The notes below the pieces were generated by a model, which did not search any database, was not told the origin of the DNA, and saw nothing but the letters and a program-made list of their open reading frames with translations. A stretch of DNA of 64,000 bases from Tubulanus polymorphus (taxonomy: Eukaryota > Animalia > Nemertea): positions 11,496,850 through 11,560,849 of the forward strand of contig NC_134029.1 in NCBI RefSeq assembly GCF_964204645.1, given 5' to 3'. Both the position numbers and the translations under genes were made by a program. Below are positions 41,201 to 52,417 of the stretch, piece by piece. Each line of letters starts with the position of its first letter. Positions within the stretch are counted from its first letter, which is position 1.

Positions 41201-41531
41201 TCCAGTCATCAATTGATTGTTAAGACTAACACCGTTGCATAAGGCCGCTGCGTCAAACACTACTCTAACTTTGCCCGGTTTGTTAGGATTTGTAACCGCG
41301 TGATGCGGCAAATACCAGGTTTTCTTGCCCGTAGTCTTCAGGTCATCCTCCGTAAGCTTACGGGCATGGCCATTTTCAATGTAGCCACTGACTGTTTTGC
41401 AATAAGCTTCACGGAGTATCGGATCATTTTCAAGCCGTTTCTTAAGATTTTTGAAACGGATTTTTGCTTGATGCAAATTATTAGGCATTTGCGATTCAGT
41501 GTTACGCCACAGCATACCTACCTCGTATTTG
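38285..41531 (-). pseudogene. Bel/Pao RT-RNaseH-integrase
   Basis: WYLPHH, RVVFDAA, FYVDD, HVFCDAS, GVDYFGP, SDNGTNF, GGAWERLV; single in-frame TAA at 41165-41167. Confidence 0.95.
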
Positions 41532-41625
41532 TGTCACCCTGATATAATTTGCATATTTCATAATCATATAGATCTACAATGTCATATCGAACAGTTCATA
41601 ACATTTCATAGCTCTACTACATATT

Positions 41626-41683
<58 letters not shown>

Positions 41684-42477
41684 TAATATAACTTATGACT
41701 ATAGTGTCAATATGTGCTTTAAGGTCGTAATCAACATGTGACATTACTCAACATGTTTTCACGATAATTAGCTATAGTCAGTGCTCATCGATAATTAATT
41801 AATGTCTCTCAAACATGTCGCTAGGTGTTTATTTGTGCGTCCTGATGTCTACAACTTGTCTGACACCTAGTTCTCACATTATACTCATGATTCTGTATAT
41901 AAAGACTATGTAAAGCTATGATAATCATTCTCATTCCGGGATGCAATAAAGATTGTACATATAAGGTTTAACTGCCTTGTTGTTCCTGATGGATGGAATC
42001 CTGTACCGCTGGTGTAAATGCTAGTTCCCCAGCCAGCCTGCCGATACAAGAACCAGCCGGTTACAGATGGTGGAGAACCCAAATTTAAGTCCTCGTGACT
42101 TACACAAGTACAGATGAAGCTGCTTATATACGGATTGTGACTGAAACATACCACAAAATAGAAGATCGCATTCAACTACACTTGTGACAAGACCGTGCTG
42201 ATCGCCGAAATCGCTGCTGTTTTGGTGGATACAACACATTATGGTAACTTGTTGTCAGCCATAGGTAATATGATTGAATCTTCATCTCGAATTAGTGGTC
42301 GGATATTGAGTATAGGAAATTATAGCTCTTTGAGTTTGGGAGCATTACTGTGTAGTTGAGCAGTTTGATATATATCTCAAGTTTCGATTGTTCAATTCAA
42401 AGCATTTTTCTAGCAAACATTATTCATAATCAGTTTCATTTCGTTCTGTACACTTACGTGGTATACACTTCAAAAAG

Positions 42478-45400
42478 ATGAAGCGCATACATTGTAGTAA
42501 GGATGTTTGTCGCAAAGAAGCATCTCGATTATGGGTACCTGATATCAATGCGGTTGATATAAGCTTAGTTTCAGGGTTGAATCGGAATATTATAAACGTT
42601 GATATTAATAAACACTCCCAACGAGCATTAGTCGATACAGGTGCATCAATTTCATGTATTGCTAGATCAACGGTCGAAGGATGTATCAAAAATCCCATAT
42701 ATAGTCATTCGGATATAAACATTATTAGAGGAGTTTGTGGGGAAGCACATTCAGTAATTGGTAGAATTGATGTACCCATTTGCATTCAATCTCATGTATT
42801 AACACATAAGTTTTATGTATTCGATAGGCTACATACAGATGTCATTCTAGGACTGGATTTTTTGAAGGAAAACAATGTAAACATTGACCTTGCATCAGGC
42901 ACAATTGAATTTAAAGATGTTTCGATTCCATTAAAGATTCTTAGGAATAAACAAGAGCTGTACAGAAATAAAGCTAAAACGATTAACAGCATAGTTATTT
43001 CACCAAATACTAAACAAATAGTTCAAATAAGTGTCGATACGTTGGCGGAAGGTTCATTGGTTGTTTTTGAACCATACAACCACAAGTTATTGAATAAATG
43101 TTTAGGTGGAGGTAAAACATTATGCAAAATCACGGACGGTAAAATTTTCGCTACTATTGTGAATCCTACTAATGAACCGATTCAAATTTCAAAAGATTAT
43201 GTGCTTGGATTTGCATACAATGTAACTGACGATGATTGTTTCGATTTCGCAGATGACAATACTAGTGCAAACATTTTCTCCGTTGATACTGATACACCAC
43301 GGAATTATGATGAAAAAATTAAAATAGCGGAAAATTTAGGCATAAAAATTCCAGAAAACTCAGGATTGACTCTGGAACAAAAAGAGAGATTAATGTATTT
43401 AATTGGATGTAATAGGTCAATATTTGCTAGTAACTTACAGGAAATCGGCAAGACTTCATTAGTTACCCATAAGATAGAAACAACTGATGACGACCCTATA
43501 ATTCAAAGACCTTATCGCAAAAGTCCACACTTGAGACAGGTAGAAAACGACTTGGTTAACGAACTGTTAGATGCCGATCTTATTGAACCAACTGATTCTG
43601 TTTTCAATAATCCTGTGGTTTTGGTCAGAAAACCAGACAATACGTATAGGTTTACTATTGATTTTAGAAAACTGAATTCGAAGACCGTAACGCAATCATT
43701 TCCACTACCTCATTTTGATGATGTATTTGACACTATAGCCGATGCTAAACCCATGATATTTAGTAAATTAGATCTTAATTCAGGATTTCACCAGATACCG
43801 TTACATGAAGAATCGCGTCATAAAACAGCTTTTCAAACGACACAAGGCAAAATGTGCTTCAAAAGAATGCCGATGGGAATTAAGAATGGTCCTATGGCTT
43901 TTCAGATGCTTATGTCAAAATGTTTAGGTCATTTGAATTGGCAATATGTATTGTGTTTCATTGATGATCTAATCATATTCTCTCAAGATTTTGACAGTCA
44001 CCTAGTTCATTTATCAAATGTTTTTGAGAAGCTTAAACAAGCCGGTCTAACTGCCAAACCGACTAAGTGTGAATTTGCAGTCCCAGAAATTGAATATCTG
44101 GGTTATACCTTATCTGCTGAGGGTCTTCGTACTTGTAAAAAGAACATCGAAAAGGTTAACAGCTTTCCAGTTCCGTCCAATGTCAAACAATTACGAAGTT
44201 TTCTAGGGTTGACAAATTTTTACAGGAAATTCATTCAAAATTATGCATCAATAGTTTCTCCCTTGAATGCTTTGAACTGTAAAGATGTGAAGTTCAAATG
44301 GACCCCTGATTGTCAAAAAGCTTTTGATACGCTTAAACAGGAATTAACTAGTGATCCAATTCTGATATTCCCTGATTTCAATTCTCGTTTCTATCTCTCA
44401 GTTGACTCTTCGGACTATGCTATTGGTTACGTTTTGTCTCAGAAAAAGAATAATTTAGAACATGTTATCGGATATGGTGGTCGCGCGTTACGTGTAAACG
44501 AAAAGAAATGGCATATTAGTGATAAGGAAGGATTAGCTTTGATTGAAGGAATTCAGAATTTTCATCCCTACCTGATTGGAAATGAATTCACTGTGTATAC
44601 TGATAGCAAAAGTTTAACGTATATTCATGAAAACCGACTAAACAAACGTATAGGACGTTGGGAATTGGCTCTTCAAGCATATAATTTTTCTATTGAACAC
44701 CGACCGGGTAAGAAAAATGGCAATTGCGACGGTTTAAGTAGACGAGATTATGATAAACCTCCTCCTCCTAGACCTTATGATCCTTCACAAGAAACTGTTT
44801 TCACAGCAATGACAAATGGATCTCAGTCTTATGAAGTCGTGTTTGATTATACTAGCCCCGTGGTGGCTGAGTTAACTCCTGATACTTATAAGGAGATTGA
44901 ACTGATTAAACTTGCTAATATAACTCACTTACAGCGGAATTGCCCTGAAGTTTGTCACATGTTGGAACATAAGTTAGATCCATCATATGCTGTCAACGAT
45001 GAAAAACTGTTTCGAAAGCTCAGTTGGAGGGCCGACCAATATGGTATTATCGATGGCACGTTATATTATTTGTATACGCCTAGAGTTACTGGTATTCCTA
45101 AAGCCGAGAAGGTCATCCCAGTTCTTGAAGTTCCTAGGTCATTACGGTCGGAAATATAGAAAGCTTACCATGATTCATTAGTGGGAGGTTGCCACCAGGG
45201 TCGAGATCGTCTTTATGGTGTTTTACGTAATAAATATCATTGGGATTCCATGTATGAAGATTGTGGGAAATATGTTTCTACTTGTGAGAATTGCCAACAG
45301 GTCAAACGGAATTATCATAGTCATCCAACACCCTTACAACCATTACCAATTGAAGGCTTATTCTCCAGATGGCACATTGACTTCCTTTGCAATCTTCCGG

Positions 45401-47719
45401 AGACACCTGATGGTAATAAGCATATTCTACTCGTGGTAGATAGCTGGAGTAAATGGCCCGAGGCTTTTCCTCTCAAAACTCAGGAAACAACAGAGGTAGC
45501 AAAGGTTCTCTTTAAAGAGATATTTTCGCGGTATGGTGCTCCTCATTCATTAGTCTCTGATCGCGGTAAAACATTTATGTCTAAGTTAGTTGGAGCTCTC
45601 TGTGAATTGTTTCACGTGAAACAACATTTCACCGCTCCGTACCATCCTCAATCAAACTCAGTTTGCGAGAGAACTAACCAGTACATTTGGCAGTCGCTTA
45701 GGTCGTATTGTAACCAGGATCAGACTAATTGGGATACACTAATGCCAAGTGTAATGATGAGTTATAGGCATGTTCCCTCAACTGAAGGTTCAGGTTTTAG
45801 CCCTTACCACATGTTATTTGGTCAAGAAATGCGTCTACCAATAGACACGGCTTTAATTCCACGGCATTCGTTAGCTACTGATCATAAGGCATACTTATCA
45901 CATATATTAAGGCAGCTGGTCATATCACGAAATATCGCTAACGAGAATATTAAAAGAGCTCAAAATAAGTATAAAACTCAGTTCGATAAAGGCATTAAAA
46001 CCTCAGTTTCAGATTACTGATCGCGTTTGGCTAAAAGTCATGAAAGTTAAGAAAGGAAAATCACCAAAACTGTGTAAAAAATACGTAGGTCCCTATTTCA
46101 TTCAGTCAATAGCTAGTAAAGGGGCTTATCAATTACGAAGAATCTCTGATAACGTTTTACTCCCATCGCATGTCAATGGGAACCGTCTTAAGTTATACAA
46201 CGATCCCTCATCGTGTCCAAATTATGAAGAGGTCGCATGGGATGGTTCAACAGCTGAGGAAAACCCTGAATTATTCGACGAGATTCATGGGCGCTTAAAA
46301 TATAAACCTAGCAATTTAGCTGATACTCCAACTGACACTCAAATTTCGGCTGACGATAACAAAGATAGACCGGTAGTTACTGAGACTTTCAATGAATCAG
46401 ATATTCAGAAAATTCTACAGTACAAACCAGAAAGTGGTTTATGTAAATATCGCGTAAAATGGAAGTCAGATTTAAATCGTGGAAATTCTTGGGAATTAGG
46501 AAAATGGGAACCATCTTAAGTTATACAACGATCCCTCATCGCGTCCAAATTATGAAGAGGTCGCATGGGATGGTTCAACAGCTGAGGAAAACCCTGAATT
46601 ATTCGACGAGATTCATGGGCGCTTAAAATATAAACCTAGCAATTTAGCTGATACTCCAACTGACACTCAAATTTCGGCTGACGATAACAAAGATAGACCG
46701 GTAGTTACTGAGACTTTCAATGAATCAGATATTCAGAAAATTCTACAGTACAAACTAGAAAGTGGTTTATGTAAATATCGCGTAAAATGGAAGTCAGATT
46801 TAAATCGTGGAAATTCTTGGGAATTAGGAAAATGGATCCCAAATAAACTAATTCGACACTTTCACGAAAACTATGCGGCATCAGGCAAAAAACGTAAGAA
46901 ACCTTGCAAAAGTAAGTTTTTTGATCGCATTACAGACAATTCTGATAATAATCAGGGACATCAAAACGATCGAAATGAAAACGAGAATGACGTAGCAAAT
47001 ATTATAATCACAAATAGAGATAGATGTCAGGATAGTGAAGTAGAGATACGTGAAAAACCTAGAAGAAAATTAAATGGAACCGTAATACAGGGTGTATATG
47101 TTACTAATGATCGCTTCCAGGAATTTGATAATCAGATGTCTAATGAAGACTCATCAAATAATGAGAATGTAAATAGTGTATATTGTTCAGCTCGATCGAA
47201 AACTCACCAAGATCATACGAATCAGGATAGCGTTAAGAGTAGTTCAGATTCAAGTAATGTCGCTATCGAAGAAGCTATTCGGACGGGAAATCGTCGAGCA
47301 TTATGTCCGTGCCCTACAGGAAAAACGGTTGTTGCTACCAAATTTCAAAATAATGTGCTATTCGTAAATTATATTACCATGACAGTCCATGGTACCGGGC
47401 ATCAAAACGAGATTGGTTTGAAGTAAGTGATTTCGGAGAGAGTCTTGAACATGTATGGGGTATATATCATGTCATCTTGGAAAATGAAAGGCCTCCCACC
47501 GAAACCGAGCTCAAAAACATTATACCTACTGCCGCTCGAGCCGTATCAACACGTTTCAACGACCAGGGAGTCTTAGAATACTATGTTTTATTTGGGCGGT
47601 TCGCTCCCCCTGCATGGCGGCCTTGGTATGAAACACCTCCTGGCACACAAAGTCAGTACGCTTCTCGTTTAAAATCTATTTCTTCGAAACTCAGTAGTAG
47701 CTACAGTAGGTTTTCTTAA
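42478..47719 (+). pseudogene. Gypsy pol (PR-RT-RH-IN) with a long chromo-like C-terminal extension
   Basis: LVDTGA, IDFRKLN, CFIDD, RNase H, HHCC, WHIDF, SDRG, GPY; in-frame TAG at 45157-45159; frameshift near 46000; 328-bp duplication. Confidence 0.9.
46175..46835 (+). repeat. 328-bp tandem duplication in the integrase tail
   Basis: Two near-identical copies; AATGG microhomology at the junction. Confidence 0.92.
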
Positions 47720-48688
47720 GCTTTCCAGGATATCATATGGATATCAACGATGAATTGATCAGCTTATTACTCGTACGTATATTTTCAGTTTATTTACGCC
47801 CTGAACGGTTCAAAGATCGGATAGTTCATACGTTCAATTAATATATACTAGTCATTTTAAGTAGAGTGCATGAAATCTTTCGTAGAAAACACGCAAATAA
47901 CGTCATTGTAAATCTAATACGAGACATAACTGAGATGAGTGTACGGTACGGTATGAATTTATCAATGATATAATATAACGTGGATTAATTGAGACTGCGA
48001 TGATAGGTGTTAAAACAGTTCAGTTATGCTGGTGGTGTCATCTTTGCTCAATTACTATGGTTATTCTTTATTTACTTCTGACCACTTATTTTGGATGATG
48101 ATAATTTTTTCCTTTTGGCTGACAAGGGTAACTGTATTTGTGTTGTGTCATTGCCTGAACTCTGCTCTGATGTCAAATGTTGCATGTTACTATCATTGTG
48201 TCACGAAGTTATTTCCAGTCAGTAATCGAAAGATCTTCAAAACAGAGAAATGCGTACTACTTGCAACTTGCATCACCAACTGATCTTCGGGACGCTATAA
48301 CTACACAACACGTCGCTACTTCTGTTCGTCGCAGAACCAACCAGAATTCGGGGATCGTTTGCAGATCATTCAAAATTACAGTTAACGTGTCATCGCATCG
48401 TCCGTATATAACGACAACATGTGACTCTTTCGTGAATGACTGATAATCCGGATGTTACTGTCCAGCGTTTGCACATTTTTGCGCGGTGAAAGTCAATCTT
48501 TCATGTTTTCGCGATGGAAGGAGTTTTGATGAACTTATAGTATCTGCGTTTTCCGCAAATTTGGAGGACCAAATTTAATTGGACAAGGGGCATCTGTCAC
48601 CCTGATATAATTTGCATATTTCATAATCATATAGATCTACAATGTCATATCGAACAGTTCATAACATTTCATAGCTCTACTACATATT

Positions 48689-48725
<37 letters not shown>

Positions 48726-49107
48726 TAATATAACTTATGACTATAGTGTCAATATGTGCTTTAAGGTCGTAATCAACATGTGACATTACTCAACATGTTT
48801 TCACGATAATTAGCTATAGTCAGTGCTCATCGATAATTAATTAATGTCTCTCAAACATGTCGCTAGGTGTTTATTTGTGCGTCCTGATGTCTACAACTTG
48901 TCTGACACCTAGTTCTCACATTATACTCATGATTCTGTATAAAAAGACTATGTAAAGCTATGATAATCATTCTCATTCCGGGATGCAATAAAGATTGTAC
49001 ATATAAGGTTTAACTGCCTTGTTGTTCCTGATGGATGGAATCCTGTACCGCTGGTGTAAATGCTAGTTCCCCAGCCAGCCTGCCGATACAACAACCAGCC
49101 GGTTACA

Positions 49108-51465
49108 TTTGCCTTGGTTGAGTCTACACGATTCATTTAAAATAGGAAGAGCGCGACGATCTTCGACAGACCATGACTTCTTATCACCATCAGCCGTAAC
49201 TCCGAGAGTCTCCGTCACCCAGAATTTTTCAATCTGTTTATTCAGAGCTATGTTATCTATATCTTTGGTAGATGTAAAACAATTCAAATTAACATTACCC
49301 GAAACGTTTTCATTATACATGGTACCCATAATGCACCATCCCAGAGGGGTACGAATCGCTACAGGCTCATCGGGATTAGAAGACTGACGAACTTCAAGCT
49401 GCAAATGGGCACTTGGCGCATTAGCGCCAATTAGAATTCTAACTTCATCTTGATTGATATCCGAAACATTCAAATCATGTAAATGTTCGAATTTTCCGGT
49501 TATAGAGCTTGTCTGAATCGGACACCTGAAACTACCTAGCCAAGTATAAGCTTCACGAATAAGAATCTCATCATCAGAGAACAATGAATGCAGTGAAAGG
49601 CTAACAATTTTTGATGGCTTAGTTTCACATGAAGTTAACGTATTCATAGTCAACAATTCACCTCTTCCCTTCAGACCAAGATCGGATGCTAACCCTGAAT
49701 ATATTAGGCTTATTTCCGAAGCCGAGTCTAACAGTGCGAAAGTACTTATAAAACGTCCATTTTGCCCCTTGATATTAACCGGAACGATCTGGAAGTGAAC
49801 ACTTACCCTCCTAGGGGTGCTGCTCGCAGTATTGCGACACATAGCACGAGCATCATTGAACATCTCCTTAGTCAATGTCTGTTGTTCGCCGGCAGAATCA
49901 TTCAGCAAATCTTCACCGCCACTGGAGAAGCAGGGAGTTGCCTTTGGCTGCTGAGGTGACCCGAAAGGTAAATCGAATGTCATTTCATTATCTCGATGAA
50001 GACTGGTATGGTGTCTCTTTTTGCAAGTGTGACAGCTAACTGCGGATGGACAGTTAGATTTCACGTGACCTGGATAAAGACAATTGAAGCATAATTTAAA
50101 CGATCGAATCACTGCAAGACGTTCATTGAAATTCTTTTCAATGAATTTCTTGCAACGAGAAATATTATGTTGAGGAGGACAGAGTGCACAGCTGAATCGA
50201 TTTATTCTATTGTAATGACCAGTTTGCTGTTTTAAAACTGTGTTATTGATAATTGATGATTTGACCACACCCTGTTGATGGGTTTGTTTCGTAACGGAAG
50301 GTACACTGACCGCGTACGGCTTGCATTCAGCATCCACTCTATCCTGTAACCACAGATTCAAGTCATATAAATTTGGTTCTCTTAAACGCGCTACATTTTT
50401 AACATGTTCATTCCATCTATGTCGTTTCTCAAATGGAAGTCTCCTGGCGACTCTCTGTAATAACTCACAACTTGAGAGTTCGTTAGTGTAATTTAACTGC
50501 GCCAGTGTCGTCAAACAATCTCGAATGCTTGTGTAGAAATCTCGGAGTGCGAAAGTACTAGATTGTACAACCGGTCCCGCAGCCACACTGTTGATATAGG
50601 CCCTGGCTACAAGAACTTTATGCCCGAGAACACGTTTTAATTCTTGCAGGGCTTGCGCATAGTTGCGACCTGAATACCCGAGACCGTAAATAAGTTTCCT
50701 CGCCTCACCTTTTGTTTTCGATAACAGAATGTCCATTCGTCGGCTGTCAGTTATACCAACGCGCTGATGGACTTGAACGTGAAACTGTTCAACGAATTTA
50801 GGCCAAGCAAATGCTGACCCATCGAATATCGGGAACTCTACTGGTGGCAAATCTCGATCGACGCTCAGACGCTCCAACGCACGTGTGAAATTAGCTTCTC
50901 CGCCCGTTTCACCTCTGGGTGCTGTCTCACGGCCAGGAATCAGCTGGTCAATCCAAGCATCGATGGCTTCATCTCGGTTCAGTGGCGGTACGATAGGTTG
51001 CTGATACACCCAGCGTTTCGTGTCGTCAGTGCGACTGCCCGGTTGCTCGGCTGGTAATTCTTCGACAGTGGTTTCAGCCATACCCACGTGTTTACGTCGC
51101 GTATCAGACTTACGCGACCTGACTGAACCTGCGTCGGAATCCATGAGATCTAGAGACCTGATTTTACAGTCTATTTTATCGACGATGTCCAGAACCTTCT
51201 CGGAGTACGGTTCGAACCACAACTCAGCATCGAGAACATCTTCGTCGGGCAGAGAGATAATCTGAGTGTGTACCGTTTTCAGACTTTCAAACGATTTTAA
51301 AACGGTTTCCTTCACTAAACTGAGAGCACTCTGGCTCTTGAGAATTTCGAATTTGCTTTGACCCTTTTCAATATTTCGGGTCAACCAACCCGCTAATGAC
51401 TTCCGAGAATTGAATAGCTTCTCGCGACTTTGGTCTGTGTATTCCATGTTTTCGGTGGACATCAT
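49108..51465 (-). pseudogene. Bel/Pao gag-protease (N-terminal part of the polyprotein)
   Basis: FDGS..WPKF gag motif; three Cys-His knuckles (CALCPPQH, CFNCLYPGH, CHTCKKRHH); protease ALLDSAS; RTPLGW; cut by the Gypsy insertion at LNQGK|YEV. Confidence 0.93.
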
Positions 51466-51918
51466 TCGACGGCGTTACTGTTTTCAGGTGACGTCAAGAA
51501 AGAGCTTTAACTTTTGTCGGAGACTGAGCGACAAAAGGACTAACAACGGACAACGCTTTAACGTCAAACTGTTTAATGACCGGCAGAGCGGTAGCGAAAA
51601 ACGATAACGAGTTAACTACAAAAAAATAGAATAACAGCTAAATACATATTCAATAAATAAGAATTTCAGAATTTCAGGCAAAATTTGAAGTAGTACATTG
51701 CATACAACTTACAGCTCTTTATCCGGCTAAATTCACATGGTCTAAACTCAAATGGCAAATGCCCAGAAAACTAAATGTTATGCGATTATATAGAGAGGTA
51801 ACTACAATAGGGACAATACCCATACACAGAAACAGTTACAAACCGGAAATCTGGAATAAAAGAAGCCAGGAATACGTTGTGCATGAAGCGCGAACCTGAA
51901 ACTTGACCATAGTATGAG

Positions 51919-51947
51919 CAGGGAAGTGTGATGATCACACTTCCCTG
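51919..51947. mobile_element. 29-bp palindromic insertion with 7-bp TSD
   Basis: CAGGGAAGTGTGAT-G-ATCACACTTCCCTG flanked by GTATGAG on both sides; the sister LTR has a single GTATGAG. Confidence 0.9.
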
Positions 51948-52234
51948 GTATGAGTTAGTACATAAAAGTAGACAATACTCCATTATGGCGAGGTGGTTTA
52001 GTTGCGGAGTGGAGCCGTGCGGTTGAGAAGATACACGTTCAGCATAGCATTAACAGGCAACCAGTCTAGGCTCAGCAACCAGTCTATTAAGTGATAGCAC
52101 AGTCGTTCTCCGATTGTACTCTAACAGCTTTAGCGTAGTGGGTTCGAATCCCTTGACGAGTGAAGATGTATTTCAGCGGAATCTCCGGATATCAATCCGG
52201 ACGTGATAATAGAGTCGGCCCCTAGGTAGCTTAA

Positions 52235-52417
52235 CCTACGAGCAATTATCTAACCGATAGCTCAAGCGGTAGAGCAATCGTCCGGCAAGCGAGAGATCTG
52301 TGGTTCGAGTCCCGGTCTCGGTGATTGACACATTTTCGCTCGTCCGGTAGTGTACTTCACTAATTCTCTAATCACACATGATTATAATTAGTTACAAGCG
52401 TTAGATAAGCTCGTAGG
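52235..52417 (+). mobile_element. tRNA-like Pol III head (SINE or LTR-like) enclosed by 18-bp inverted repeats
   Basis: A-box TAGCTCAAGCGG and B-box GGTTCGAGTCC; ends GTTACA; CCTACGAGC..TTATCTAAC / GTTAGATAAGCTCGTAGG. Confidence 0.6.

Larger units (their letters stand above)
41532..49107 (+). mobile_element. Ty3/Gypsy LTR retrotransposon nested in the Bel element
   Basis: LTRs 41532-42065 and 48595-49107 (TG..CA; about 2 substitutions plus an AAT-repeat length change); 4-bp TSD TTTG; PBS TGGTGGAGAA (tRNA-Ala-like) at 42068; purine tract near 48581. Confidence 0.96.
37750..51977 (-). mobile_element. Full-length Bel/Pao LTR retrotransposon, interrupted by a Gypsy element
   Basis: LTRs 51515-51977 (5') and 37750-38172 (3'), differing by about 4 substitutions plus indels; 5-bp TSD CTCCA; PPT GGGCGGGGGA at 38173-38182. 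Confidence 0.96.
37651..52226. mobile_element. Small TIR element (about 340 bp without insertions) split by the Bel/Pao insertion
   Basis: CCTAGGGCCGACTCTATTATC at 37651 and GATAATAGAGTCGGCCCCTAGG at 52205-52226, plus shared ATCCGGA motifs. Confidence 0.7.

Noticed and set aside
43950-43975. FIDD instead of YxDD as an inactivating RT change
   Set aside because: Both catalytic Asp residues are intact, and Phe at this position occurs in natural RTs
48026-48443. env-like gene in the Gypsy 3' region
   Set aside because: Short ORFs with no recognisable furin site, fusion peptide or homology
52253-52322. Functional tRNA gene
   Set aside because: A and B boxes are present, but the T-stem and acceptor stem pair poorly and the anticodon loop lacks U33; treated as a tRNA-derived repeat
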